Source of the DNA: a virus
Virus record (IMG/VR): IMGVR_UViG_3300043823_000671
Location: 1-64,000 of that record
Reading direction: 5' to 3' (one strand)
DNA length: 64,000 bases
Shown: in pieces, positions 49,073-58,823 of the stretch
Position numbering within the stretch: position 1 is the stretch's first letter
Layout: each line of letters begins with the position of its first letter
Notes under the pieces: model-generated
Database searches by the model: none
What the model saw: the letters and a program-made list of their open reading frames with translations, nothing else
What the model was told of the DNA's origin: nothing
Translations under genes and position numbers: made by a program

Positions 49073-50017
49073 ATGAACCCGCTCATCAGAAAACTTGCCT
49101 CGGCTTCGTCCGAGCAACGTAAAGCGATTCTTTCCAAACTTTCCCCGGAAGAACTGGCGCAAGTTCTCAAAGAACTGGAGACCATCGAGTCTTCCCCGAT
49201 GAGGCGTTGGTATTGCACCCGGGAATATTGCGATGGAAACCCGCACGCTGGATATCACTGGTGCGAGCATCCAATCGATGGGAAGCACACTCCTTTCTGC
49301 AAGCACTCACGCACGCCACAAAGACCGCCTGAAAGCGACCCCGATAACCCCTGGTTGGTTTGGTTCTTCTCTGGTGGACGTGGAACGGGCAAGACACGGG
49401 CTGGTGCAGAGTGGGTACTAGACCTAGTTTGGAATCAGGGATACAAGCGAATCGCTTTGGTCGGTCGAACGCCAGCCGACGTTCGAGACGTAATGATTTA
49501 CGGGGACTCGGGGATTATGTCCGTTTCGGACCCACACCCACGACCAGTGCACGAGCCTACGAAGCGCCGACTCGTTTGGGAAAATGGCGCACAGGCTTTC
49601 ACTTACTCAGCGGCGGCTCCGAGTCAGTTGCGTGGACCGCAACATGACGCATCATGGTGCGACGAGTTAGCAGCATGGACAGATGCACCGAAGGGTGACT
49701 CCCTGGATACGAGTTGGAACAACCTAATGCTTGGGTTGCGTCTTGGAACTGACCCGAAGTGTCTTGTAACCACAACACCAAAACGTGTGAAGTTGGTACG
49801 CCAAATCATGGAGCGCAAAACGACGGTCATCACGAACGGAACAACGTACGAAAACCTAGACAACCTTGCACCATCATTCAAAGAACAGGTCCTCACATCA
49901 TATGAAGGGACACGAATCGGGCGCCAGGAACTTGACGGCGTCGTTCTAACGGACGTAGAGGGCGCACTTTGGAGTCTGGAGATGATTGATTCTCTCCGTG
50001 GAGAGTTGGTCGAATGA
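49073..50017 (+). CDS. terL: Terminase large subunit, ATPase domain (separate gene)
   Basis: GGRGTGKTR Walker A, LRGPQ, WCDE Walker B, TTTP coupling motif, GRQEL. Confidence 0.9.
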   Translation: MNPLIRKLASASSEQRKAILSKLSPEELAQVLKELETIESSPMRRWYCTREYCDGNPHAGYHWCEHPIDGKHTPFCKHSRTPQRPPESDPDNPWLVWFFSGGRGTGKTRAGAEWVLDLVWNQGYKRIALVGRTPADVRDVMIYGDSGIMSVSDPHPRPVHEPTKRRLVWENGAQAFTYSAAAPSQLRGPQHDASWCDELAAWTDAPKGDSLDTSWNNLMLGLRLGTDPKCLVTTTPKRVKLVRQIMERKTTVITNGTTYENLDNLAPSFKEQVLTSYEGTRIGRQELDGVVLTDVEGALWSLEMIDSLRGELVE

Positions 50018-50652
50018 TTACAGTTCGTGCCGAGGATTTTCTTCGGGTTGTTGTTGGGGTTGACCCCGCCGTTACAGCAGGGGAAGACGCAGACGAAACG
50101 GGAATCGTTGTAGTCGCAAGCGGTCCGCATCAGCCAGACACCTGCGCCATTGAGCACTGCACAATGCACGCTTACGTTTTGGAAGACGCCACTTTGCCCC
50201 GTGGGACAAAAGCAAGCCCAGAGAAATGGGGAACAAGGGTCGTTGAGGCGTACGACGAATGGAATGCCGGAATCGTAGTTGTCGAAGGAAACCAGGGCAG
50301 GGAGTTGCTACGGAGCGTTCTGCATAACATCAGACCGACAATGCCGGTTGATATTCCAAATGCAAAATACAACAAGACAACTCGTGCAGAGCCAATCGTT
50401 TCACTTTATGAGCAAGGTCGAGTCCATCACCTTGGGGACCCCGCAAAGTTTGCGCTCTTGGAAGACCAAATGACAACATGGGTACCGACCGGGGTGCGAG
50501 GGCGTGGAGGCAAATCCCCTGACCGAATGGACGCACTCGTTTGGGCTATAAGTGAACTCGATATCAATACCGGAGTGCGACGCCGTCGCTGGGAAGTAGA
50601 AGAAGGCATTACGCCAATCGGTTTCAGCCAGTCAAATGGCTGGTCTTTCTAG
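50014..50652 (+). CDS. terL: Terminase large subunit, RNase H-like nuclease domain (separate gene)
   Basis: VVGVDPA, DETG, E.NQG, K..RAEP, SPDRMDALVWA; own GGAGAG RBS; ATGA overlap. Confidence 0.88.
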   Translation: MITVRAEDFLRVVVGVDPAVTAGEDADETGIVVVASGPHQPDTCAIEHCTMHAYVLEDATLPRGTKASPEKWGTRVVEAYDEWNAGIVVVEGNQGRELLRSVLHNIRPTMPVDIPNAKYNKTTRAEPIVSLYEQGRVHHLGDPAKFALLEDQMTTWVPTGVRGRGGKSPDRMDALVWAISELDINTGVRRRRWEVEEGITPIGFSQSNGWSF

Positions 50653-50815
50653 AGACCGAACTCCGCAAGCCTAGATAAACGAAACTTTTCCAATTCAAGA
50701 TTGAAAATCTCGACGCTCAACGCATTTGTCTGGTTTTTAGAAAAAGCAATCCTTGCTTCGCTCAAACGCTGGTTGACAGTCTCCAAAAACGCTTCGGCGT
50801 ACGCCTGTACATCCA

Positions 50816-51214
50816 TTATTTACCCTCGCTTCGAATAGTTATCGCCCCAAGTTCTCCAACTGGGTCACCGAAGGCTACCCCCAATAACGGCTCATCAGTC
50901 CAGCCGTGAATAGCATCAAGTTCCTCGTCTGTAACAAAGGGGACCAAGTTTACGCAACCCTCTGAGTGAGCCCAGTCTTCAAACTTCCAATACTTCCGTT
51001 CGTCGTTGAAGAATTTGTATTCAGACTCATCGGCTACAGCATCGCAACACTTCTCGAAAGAGTCAAGAACCGACGCACGCACGACGGTCCCGTCTTCTCC
51101 CGATAAAAGCCGATTGAAGTTCCAGCGACTCGCCGGGGAAACGGAACGACCCAAAGCGGTCTGTGAGTCGTCATATTCAATTTCTAGGACTACAACTTCT
51201 TTACGCATTGCCAT
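50816..51214 (-). CDS. Hypothetical protein
   Basis: AAGGAG RBS. Confidence 0.6.
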   Translation of the reverse strand: MAMRKEVVVLEIEYDDSQTALGRSVSPASRWNFNRLLSGEDGTVVRASVLDSFEKCCDAVADESEYKFFNDERKYWKFEDWAHSEGCVNLVPFVTDEELDAIHGWTDEPLLGVAFGDPVGELGAITIRSEGK

Positions 51215-51304
51215 TTGGCTCTCCTTTGTATGTAATCAAAAGTAACGCAAGGGTGTGACACGACGAAGGGAGGCATCGCATCACACCCTTACGAGGGTGG
51301 GCAC

Positions 51305-52282
51305 TCAGGCGTCCTGTAACTGACGCTCGCTTGCCATTGAGTCGTTCGACTCATCGATTGAAGTGAATATGAAGTTGTTTACGTCGACGCCCGACTCTTC
51401 GTTTACAGCAAGGGCGCAGTTGCTAATTGCGTTACCGATGTAGACCAAGAGTTGCTTGTAGAGAGCAAGAAGAAAGTTTTCGGCTTCGCTCTTAGCGTCT
51501 TCAAAGTTCAGGAACCAGCAGTTCTCGTTGTAGAGGCGAAGCAAAAAGTTCTCGTCACCAGCACCAGCAAGGTGGTTGATAAGTCGGTTCAAGCGGTTTG
51601 CGCTGTTGTTCGAAGAATCGCCAAAGTAGTTTCTGGTGGAGTGGCGAACCGTGTACCGGGTCTGCACCGAGTCGCCACCCATAACAAATTCCTGCCCCAC
51701 GAAAGCGTAGGTATCGGATTCAGAGCCATTCTGGGGAACGTACTTGACGAACTTACCGGAGTTGGCAATGACGGGGACGAGGGCGCCACTAGCGACAATG
51801 TTGATGCGGTCAACCAGTTCATTCCAAAGTTCAATCAACGAATCAAGACCAAGACCGATAATCGATTCGTTGCTGTGGTCGAAAGATGTAAGACCATCAT
51901 CACCAAAGAACGAGCGGATGGAGCGTGTCTGCTCTGCGACGGCATTCGAAAGCGAATTTTCTTCGCTCTCTTTCATCTGATTCAAGAACGTGCTAATCGA
52001 GCGACGGATTTTCGTGTTGTCGATTGACGAGCGGTATGCGTTTGCACGCTGGCGGAAAGCGGATGGGTCCTGAACCCACATCCGAACCGTGGAGTCTCCT
52101 TCTCGCTGGCGAACGTCAATGTCGAAAATATCTCCGACCAAGTATCCGACAGAGACGGTGGATGCTACGTTCACCGGAACCGTACCGCTCTCGGCAGAGG
52201 CGATTGCTCTCTCGGCATTCTGGTTTACAAGGTTGAAAAACCCGACCTTGTCAAACTGGATTCTCTTCACATTCTCTGGCAT
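51305..52282 (-). CDS. Hypothetical protein (probably early)
   Basis: GAAGGGGG RBS; own promoter. Confidence 0.7.
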   Translation of the reverse strand: MPENVKRIQFDKVGFFNLVNQNAERAIASAESGTVPVNVASTVSVGYLVGDIFDIDVRQREGDSTVRMWVQDPSAFRQRANAYRSSIDNTKIRRSISTFLNQMKESEENSLSNAVAEQTRSIRSFFGDDGLTSFDHSNESIIGLGLDSLIELWNELVDRINIVASGALVPVIANSGKFVKYVPQNGSESDTYAFVGQEFVMGGDSVQTRYTVRHSTRNYFGDSSNNSANRLNRLINHLAGAGDENFLLRLYNENCWFLNFEDAKSEAENFLLALYKQLLVYIGNAISNCALAVNEESGVDVNNFIFTSIDESNDSMASERQLQDA

Positions 52283-52311
52283 ATGAGCCCCCTTCTTTTT
52301 CCTACATATCC

Positions 52312-52340
52312 ATTGTATCTAAACCATGGTTTAGTTGCAA
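52312..52340 (-). promoter_or_regulatory. Promoter TTGCAA-N17-TACAAT with palindrome CTAAACCATGGTTTAG in the spacer
   Basis: Read directly from sequence. Confidence 0.7.
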
Positions 52341-52344
52341 GTAC

Positions 52345-52701
52345 CTACAGCCCTTTGTCTGCAAGGTATTTGTCGTCTCCGCCGTACCATGCTTTGGCAA
52401 AATCAACCGCTTCTTGAAAGGAGTCTGCTGGCGATGAACCGCTAACGGTCAACGTAATGACACCAAACTCGGCAAGACGGGCTAGGAAAAACTCATCCGG
52501 CAAGTTCTCGTCGATGACGATTCCATACTGGATGAATAGCCTGTACGAGATACCTACCTTGGGATGCTTGTGGTCATCGGGTAGATACGAGCGCTCTCCG
52601 ATGTTGTGGAGAATGTCGAAAGCGGATGGGGCAACGATTGTCTCATCGCCCCAAACGACTGTCCACTTTGCGTTGCTTGGGTATGCATTATTAGTACTCA
52701 T
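52345..52701 (-). CDS. Hypothetical protein
   Basis: AAGGG RBS; downstream of the GATase gene. Confidence 0.6.
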   Translation of the reverse strand: MSTNNAYPSNAKWTVVWGDETIVAPSAFDILHNIGERSYLPDDHKHPKVGISYRLFIQYGIVIDENLPDEFFLARLAEFGVITLTVSGSSPADSFQEAVDFAKAWYGGDDKYLADKGL

Positions 52702-52758
52702 GAGTCCCTTCAATCCTTTCCATCAAGTGTACATAAACCGGTGTATAGTCGCAAACGA

Positions 52759-53493
52759 CTAGGCGATATTTTTGACGCTGTCTTTGATAACCGATAGGTC
52801 GACAATCTCGCCGTTACGGATTCGCATATACGTGTAAGGCATAACTTCCTCCGACCAAGCCAACTCAACGCCAGCGCTCTTGCAGGCATTGAGCAACAAC
52901 TGCTCGGTAGAAGCAAAGAACAACGACCCACGCTCGGTACGACCGATAGCGAGCGGAGACCCATCGAGTCGGGCAAGGTGCAAGTCACGCTTGTCACGTG
53001 CGTTGAACCAAGCGAGAGAAGCACGACCTTCGATAGAGCGCAAGACACGAATGGGCTCGTGCTTGGTCGCATCAAGAAGGGCGAAAGCGGATTCGCTGTC
53101 AACTTGGGCGATGCGACGGCTACCAATGTGCTTGAAGATTTTGTCATCATTGGTAATGACGCCATTGTGAACACCGACGATTCGACCCGAAACGATTGGG
53201 TGGTTATTCAGATTGTTTTCAGGCGAACCCTTTGTAGCCCAGCGTGTGTGCAAAATCGCACGCTTTGCGCTTGCTGGCATTTTTGTGATGTAGTGCTCGA
53301 ACTGGTCTGCGGGGACCGGAGCCTTGCTCACCGCAATTGTCGGGCGGTCGCCCGAGCCCTTCGACGGGACAACCCACGATGCGCCGGTTGCGTCTTCGCC
53401 ACGAACGACAATCTGGTCAAGCAAGCACTTAGACAACTTGCGTGCATTGAACTTCTCATTTGGACTTAGGCAGAATCCTGCGATACCACACAT
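52759..53493 (-). CDS. Class II glutamine amidotransferase
   Basis: MCGIAG (Cys2), RG.DATG, HTRWAT.G, NNHP, HNG, VDSE, FASTE. Confidence 0.9.
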   Translation of the reverse strand: MCGIAGFCLSPNEKFNARKLSKCLLDQIVVRGEDATGASWVVPSKGSGDRPTIAVSKAPVPADQFEHYITKMPASAKRAILHTRWATKGSPENNLNNHPIVSGRIVGVHNGVITNDDKIFKHIGSRRIAQVDSESAFALLDATKHEPIRVLRSIEGRASLAWFNARDKRDLHLARLDGSPLAIGRTERGSLFFASTEQLLLNACKSAGVELAWSEEVMPYTYMRIRNGEIVDLSVIKDSVKNIA

Positions 53494-53504
53494 ATTTTTA
53501 CCTC

Positions 53505-54605
53505 CTATGAACGTGTGCTGGCAAGGTTGACAGCACGGGTCTTGAGAAACTGACCAACATTGTTGGGAAGATTGATTTCATCAACCATCGCTTCGAGCGA
53601 ACCGAAGTTCGTCTTTGCGTCTTCGATTGCTACCGCCTTCTCGATGAGGGCGAGCACAAACTGAATCCAGGAAGTCAACTTCTCGCCGTTGAGTGTTCCC
53701 TGGTGCTGGCGGAACTCGATTGTTCCGTACTTCGAGTAGGCGTGAGCGTTGATAGCACGGTAGCGGTTGATGTTGCGTAGCGCAATCCTTGAACTGTTGA
53801 GGTCCGCTTCCGACACCGCACCATTGAAGGCATTGGCGATTGCGTTGTACTCGGCAATGACGCCAGAACCGTAGCGACTGTTGATTCGGTCGTTGGGGTC
53901 GAACGATGGGCAGAAGCGGTTCTCGTGACGGCTATTCGCAAGAATCTGGTTGATGTTCTTCTGGTTAGCGATGTAGAGGTCGATGACCTTCATAATCTCA
54001 GCACCAACCAAGTTGTCCATGCCGACGTGCAAGTGGAGCCCGCACGTGCGGTCTACACGAGCACCAGCATTGAGCAGTGCGCCAACGGACTTGGAAGCCA
54101 TTTCCAATCCTTCGATACCACGAAGAATCGGGGAGACCAACTCAAGACCGTGACCGAGACCGGTGCCACGACTCGTAACCGAAGCGTCGGTAACAATCTT
54201 CCAGGAAGCGGTTACGTTGTGGTTGTAGCGCTCGTAGTTGACATCAATGCCAACAGCACGAAGGGCTTCGACGGCGACCTCGGGACGGATGTTGAAGAAC
54301 TCCGCTTCGAAACCGAAAGTGCGATTCGAGGGAATCTGAATATCCGGCGAGTTCTGCTCGGACACGATTGCAACTGCACGCTCAGCGTTACGGGAAGCCT
54401 GGCGACGCTGAGCCGTACGGACCGCTTCGTAAGCGCTCTGGGCACGGGGCACTCCATTTGGCGTGAACCCTAGAGCCCGAGCGATGTCGATGTACGACTC
54501 GCCAGCCAGACGGAGGCGCAAAGCCTCGTCCTGCCGAGCGTGAGTAGCCTCACGGCTCCGGTTGATACTTGAGCGATTGTAACGCTCTGGTCGGTTTGCA
54601 GGCAC
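53505..54605 (-). CDS. COOH-NH2 amidoligase (amidoligase_2) with N-terminal HTH-like region
   Basis: TFGFEAE, WK.V.D.S, ELVSP.L, CGLHLH, RY.AIN, TIEFRQHQGT. Confidence 0.9.
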   Translation of the reverse strand: MPANRPERYNRSSINRSREATHARQDEALRLRLAGESYIDIARALGFTPNGVPRAQSAYEAVRTAQRRQASRNAERAVAIVSEQNSPDIQIPSNRTFGFEAEFFNIRPEVAVEALRAVGIDVNYERYNHNVTASWKIVTDASVTSRGTGLGHGLELVSPILRGIEGLEMASKSVGALLNAGARVDRTCGLHLHVGMDNLVGAEIMKVIDLYIANQKNINQILANSRHENRFCPSFDPNDRINSRYGSGVIAEYNAIANAFNGAVSEADLNSSRIALRNINRYRAINAHAYSKYGTIEFRQHQGTLNGEKLTSWIQFVLALIEKAVAIEDAKTNFGSLEAMVDEINLPNNVGQFLKTRAVNLASTRS

Positions 54606-54639
54606 CTGAACTCCCTTCGTTGGTTTTTCCTACATAAAC

Positions 54640-54668
54640 AGTGTAGCGGGGTTTAGCGCCCGGCGCAA
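54640..54668 (-). promoter_or_regulatory. Promoter TTGCGC-N17-TACACT with CTAAACCCC
   Basis: Read directly; divergent TTGACA-N18-TACTGT promoter at 54710-54739. Confidence 0.65.
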
Positions 54669-54765
54669 GTACTCTACAGCCCTTGGGAAATAAGGGGTTT
54701 CAGAAAACCTTGACACGACATCCAAAAAGGATGTACTGTGGTTTAGTCAAAAAAAGGGAGTTCAA

Positions 54766-55035
54766 ATGACACAACTTAGATACAAGCCAAAGCGCCGTCG
54801 TTCGGTTCGCCGGGGAAGACCGGAAACGGAAGACATTTACAGCATCGGATTCATCCTCGGGTTTGCGACATGGTTTTTTGCGCCGGTCTACTCGAAGGCT
54901 CTGGGCGATGCTCAGGCGAGCGGAAATGACCACACGAGGTTGCTCTCTCTGCTTTGGATTTTTGTGTTTGCTGGCGGGTGGTCAGTAATCGTTGCTATCG
55001 CCTACACGATAAGAGAGGGTCGCAGGGGTCGCTAA
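54766..55035 (+). CDS. Small two-TM membrane protein
   Basis: AAGGGAG RBS; basic N-terminus; two hydrophobic helices. Confidence 0.6.
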   Translation: MTQLRYKPKRRRSVRRGRPETEDIYSIGFILGFATWFFAPVYSKALGDAQASGNDHTRLLSLLWIFVFAGGWSVIVAIAYTIREGRRGR

Positions 55036-55074
55036 ACACGGCATCAGCAATCCCAGTTTGGTAGTCTCTCTACC

Positions 55075-55515
55075 ATGACTCACATCGAAATCAAGAAGTC
55101 AACTGGCGCAATCAATGTGTGCAAGAGGAATGCCGTAAACGGCATCGTGACACGCTCTGTATGTATTGGATATGTCGAAACTTCAACCCCCGAAGACGAG
55201 ATTCACGCTTCCGCAGAAGAAGTCGCAGGGGATTTTGGATGGGTTATTGACGACCAATATGGATGGTCAAAAAGCGAAGACTACGAGTGGGTTGACTGCT
55301 TCGCAAAGCCTGTATCTGTGTCTTTTGTTGGGAACTCCGTACCGGCGGACGCCGTATTTTTAGCACGTAGCGCCGGAGTCGAGACAGACGAAATCTTTTA
55401 CGCCGACTCCTACGATGAGGAATCTGGGAAGACTCGGGTTTGGTTCTCTGTCGGGGAGCCGAAGGGGTGGGTCTGGGAAACCAATCTTCCTTGGGGAGAC
55501 TGGTTTGACGAATGA
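55075..55515 (+). CDS. Hypothetical protein
   Basis: TAGTCT box 7 nt before ATG. Confidence 0.55.
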   Translation: MTHIEIKKSTGAINVCKRNAVNGIVTRSVCIGYVETSTPEDEIHASAEEVAGDFGWVIDDQYGWSKSEDYEWVDCFAKPVSVSFVGNSVPADAVFLARSAGVETDEIFYADSYDEESGKTRVWFSVGEPKGWVWETNLPWGDWFDE

Positions 55516-55862
55516 GAAAACTACCTTTCCATAGGCGCATCGTCATAATGGCGACTGGCTACGTAGAGCCGAGAGATTTGGAAAACTACGGTCGTATTGA
55601 AGGTCATGCGTTTGAAGACGATGACCTAGTTAGGGTCGCAACGCAAGAGGCTCTAGGCGCTTCTTTAGAGATTATCGGTCTCCACGGCGCTATATGGGAT
55701 GACCTTATTTCCCACCTATCTACGATGGGGCTCTTTGTTGAGGTCGAATTCGAAACCGCACGAAGAATGGAAGATGCAACAAAACGCCTAGAGGCATCAC
55801 TTATTATTGCAAAGGACGCAATCAACCTAGAGGTCGATTGGGAAAGCAACGAACATGAGTAA
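55512..55862 (+). CDS. Hypothetical protein
   Basis: ATGA coupling. Confidence 0.55.
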   Translation: MRKLPFHRRIVIMATGYVEPRDLENYGRIEGHAFEDDDLVRVATQEALGASLEIIGLHGAIWDDLISHLSTMGLFVEVEFETARRMEDATKRLEASLIIAKDAINLEVDWESNEHE

Positions 55863-56106
55863 TGAAAAAGAAAAAGAAGAACTGTCTCTACAGGAGCAGT
55901 TTGACAGTCTTACAAAACTTAGCGAGATTGAGCGACGTATGCTCAGCCGGGCTATTTATGTTCTTTGCGAGTTGACCGGTAAGCGTCCGCCGGAAGTTGT
56001 CCAACTTCTTTCACTCGACTTAGACGATGAGTATTCAAAGGCTGTAGACACGGCGACCGAAGATAAGAAGCCCAAACTCTACGTTCCGAGTAGAAAATTA
56101 ATCTAA
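55855..56106 (+). CDS. Hypothetical protein
   Basis: Overlapping start. Confidence 0.55.
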   Translation: MSNEKEKEELSLQEQFDSLTKLSEIERRMLSRAIYVLCELTGKRPPEVVQLLSLDLDDEYSKAVDTATEDKKPKLYVPSRKLI

Positions 56107-56534
56107 CGAATTATTTGAAAATGATGGGTGACCTTTTTGGGGTCGACCAAACGCCTCTTTGATTTCTTCGCCATTGGTGACGGCTTGGAGTAGTGGGAGT
56201 TTTCAAACAATGAACTCTGCACCGGCTTTTTCTTTTTTGAACTGCCAATAGGGATTATGTCAGCAGGTTCCGAGTTACGTGCTCTCAACTTTGGCGATAT
56301 GAAGATGTCATCGTCAGCGTACTCATCGAGAATCAAATCGTCGCACTCTTCGAAAAAGTAAAAGGGAAGGTCTTCCCTTTGGCAACCAAGGAACGTCATC
56401 CACTCCTTGTCGTTCATTCCTAGTACAAAATTGCGTTCAAGACCCCAGCGCTTGCTCAAGTAATCTATGTCGTGCGAGTCAAGAAGACTAGAAAAAGTTC
56501 TCACCACCACACCGCCCTTTCTGCGGAAAGCCAA
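56103..56534 (-). CDS. Hypothetical protein
   Basis: ORF downstream of GGCT; start uncertain. Confidence 0.45.
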   Translation of the reverse strand: MAFRRKGGVVVRTFSSLLDSHDIDYLSKRWGLERNFVLGMNDKEWMTFLGCQREDLPFYFFEECDDLILDEYADDDIFISPKLRARNSEPADIIPIGSSKKKKPVQSSLFENSHYSKPSPMAKKSKRRLVDPKKVTHHFQIIR

Positions 56535-56923
56535 TCGTTATCGGGAACTGCCTGCCCGTGGGTTTTGTCCCAAGTGCAAATCAAAGCCATTTTCTGAGTC
56601 CCATCAGCCAAGGTCACCTCACCCTCGCTAAGACGGTAGCCAGCACTAACCTCCATAGAGAGCATTTGAGCCAAGTCGGAATTGACAACTACTTCAAAAA
56701 CCTCACCGACCGCCTCATCGTCAAACTTCCCCGTCCATACGCAGTATGGGTAGCGCTTGTGGTCGGTTGGGTAGAAAAGGCGGGCAAATCGCAAAGAAGC
56801 CTTCCCCAAGTCATCTACGACGAGGTCTTTGAGCCAATGCTCGTAAAGAGCCCCATCTTTCCTCAGGGTCCCGTAAGCGAAAAACAAAAGGGTGTCGCTT
56901 GGTGCGGTAACGTCGTTATTCAT
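56501..56923 (-). CDS. Gamma-glutamylcyclotransferase (AIG2-like)
   Basis: FAYGTLR, YP, GEVFEV, E...GY; TATAGT box 7 nt before ATG. Confidence 0.8.
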   Translation of the reverse strand: MNNDVTAPSDTLLFFAYGTLRKDGALYEHWLKDLVVDDLGKASLRFARLFYPTDHKRYPYCVWTGKFDDEAVGEVFEVVVNSDLAQMLSMEVSAGYRLSEGEVTLADGTQKMALICTWDKTHGQAVPDNDWLSAERAVWW

Positions 56924-57005
56924 ATAGTCCACTATAGCGTTTTTAGCAACTGGATGCAAGCACCCATAGAACAAAAGCATTGACAGATGAAGTATGGTCT
57001 TTGCA

Positions 57006-57293
57006 ATGAGTGCCGAGCCCGCAAAGAAAACTTTCCAATTCTTTGTGTCTCAGGCTGAATCGGCTAAGCATCCTGGGAAAGTAAGCGTGGGGATGATTGA
57101 GCGACACGACGATTCCAATATTCTCGCAACAATGATGCCGGTTGGTCTTTGCAAGAAAGAGCAAGCGGTTCAGCAGGCGGAGTTGTTTGCAATCAAGAAC
57201 GGATTGCAGATTGTAAGTAAGTGGAGTACAAGCGGAAGCGGGCGCCACCTTACCGCTATCGCCCAAGAGCACCCGGGGTACAAGCATGAATAG
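57006..57293 (+). CDS. Hypothetical protein
   Basis: ORF before whiB; start uncertain. Confidence 0.5.
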   Translation: MSAEPAKKTFQFFVSQAESAKHPGKVSVGMIERHDDSNILATMMPVGLCKKEQAVQQAELFAIKNGLQIVSKWSTSGSGRHLTAIAQEHPGYKHE

Positions 57294-57729
57294 TTATTGG
57301 CGTGATGAGGCTAACTGCAAGTCTCTCAACAAGGATTTGTTTTTCCCGCAAAAGAAAATGCGTGTCACCAGCCAAGCGGTTGAGGCGTGCAAGGCTTGCC
57401 CAGTAGTCAAAGAATGCGCCGAGTGGTCAATAAAGCACGAAATACATGGATACTGGGGTGGCATGACTGCCCACGAGCGTGCACAGATTAGGGCACGCAA
57501 TAACATCTTCCCCGACATCCCCGAGTCACGCATTTTCGGCGCCGGACTAAAAGTGCGTCGTCAGCGTCGACCGCTCTGTGGCACCCCGGGTGGATACAAG
57601 AGCCATCGTCTTTATGGCGAGCCCATGTACACCATAGAAAATGGCGGATGCGGGTGCATCGAGGCACACTCAGAGCGAATGCGCCAGTACCAGAAGACCT
57701 ACCAGGACCGCAGGGCGCAAAGCAAATAA
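57286..57729 (+). CDS. whiB: WhiB-family factor with C-terminal CGT..GY..H..CGC extension
   Basis: W...ANC, FFP, C..CPV...C, GYWGG. Confidence 0.85.
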   Translation: MNSYWRDEANCKSLNKDLFFPQKKMRVTSQAVEACKACPVVKECAEWSIKHEIHGYWGGMTAHERAQIRARNNIFPDIPESRIFGAGLKVRRQRRPLCGTPGGYKSHRLYGEPMYTIENGGCGCIEAHSERMRQYQKTYQDRRAQSK

Positions 57730-57755
57730 TTGAAAACGCAATGTACCCTTGATGC

Positions 57756-58823
57756 ATGGGTAAAACGAAAAAAGGCATCTATTCGTGCGCCCTTTTTTCG
57801 GTAATTGCTCTTGTCGCATTGCTTCTTTTTAGCGCAACTCCGGCTCAGGCGGTCAGCCAGGGAGTCTGCTCGTCCTGGGTTCAGTTAATCGATATTTCTG
57901 ACAACCAAGTCCACCCAATCAACTGGTCTGAACTGGCTAAATCCGGCACGGCGGGCGTTTACATCAAGAACTCCGAAGGCGCTTCGTACGTCAACGAGTA
58001 TTGGAAAACCGACACGACGTATGCAACAAAATACGGACTGCCATGGGGCGGTTACTACTTCGCCCAGCCACAACAACTCAATGCAGTGGCGTCTGCAAAA
58101 TTTTTTGTCAAGTCGGGCGGAGCAAGCGGAATTCTCCCGCCCGCCCTTGACATCGAGGTTTCAAAATTATCAGGACCCGCAACAGCGCAGTGGGCATATG
58201 ACTGGCTAAACGAAGTCCGTTATTTGACAAACCGTACTCCGATTATTTACACGGGCTCGTACTATGGCTGGTCAGACGACAACCGGTTGGGTGGCTTCTC
58301 ACTGTGGCTCGCCGCATACCCTTTGCAATACAAAACCGTAACCAATCTTTGCAGGTTGCCACTTCCATATTTGGCAAACCCTTGGTCCAAAGAAGGTTGG
58401 TCGATTTGGCAATTTACTAGCGTTGCTTATGTATACGGAATTCAGAATCATGTTGACAGGTCCGTCGCAGTGTCAAGTTGGTGGACTCAATACACTGGAG
58501 CGGGCGTACAGGCGCCTGTTCCCGGGACGTCAAAATTGCCAAGCCCGATTTACACGACCAGTTCTCACGGACCGGCGGTTGTGGCAATACAAACACTTTT
58601 GATAGCGCACAAACTTTTACCTGCTGGGTCTGCGGATGGAGTTTTCGGTCCGGCGACAAAAACTTCAGTCGAAAAGTGGCAAGTGATAATTGGGGTAACT
58701 CCAGATGGCGAATGGTCGGCATCAACGGCGCAGGCTTCAAGTTTTTACCTCAGCCATGGAATAAAAATGTCTGTTTATAACGCAATGCTCGTAGCGGGTT
58801 CTGCGATGAAAGGAAATAACTAA
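57756..58823 (+). CDS. Endolysin: GH25 muramidase plus peptidoglycan-binding domain, with signal peptide
   Basis: IDIS, K.SEG, LDIE, PIIYT, LWLAAY, WQFTS; ADGVFGPAT binding repeat; N-terminal hydrophobic segment ending AQA. Confidence 0.88.
   Translation: MGKTKKGIYSCALFSVIALVALLLFSATPAQAVSQGVCSSWVQLIDISDNQVHPINWSELAKSGTAGVYIKNSEGASYVNEYWKTDTTYATKYGLPWGGYYFAQPQQLNAVASAKFFVKSGGASGILPPALDIEVSKLSGPATAQWAYDWLNEVRYLTNRTPIIYTGSYYGWSDDNRLGGFSLWLAAYPLQYKTVTNLCRLPLPYLANPWSKEGWSIWQFTSVAYVYGIQNHVDRSVAVSSWWTQYTGAGVQAPVPGTSKLPSPIYTTSSHGPAVVAIQTLLIAHKLLPAGSADGVFGPATKTSVEKWQVIIGVTPDGEWSASTAQASSFYLSHGIKMSVYNAMLVAGSAMKGNN

Noticed and set aside
49990-50030. Intron or intein interrupting terL
   Set aside because: No intervening sequence; the two halves overlap by 4 nt
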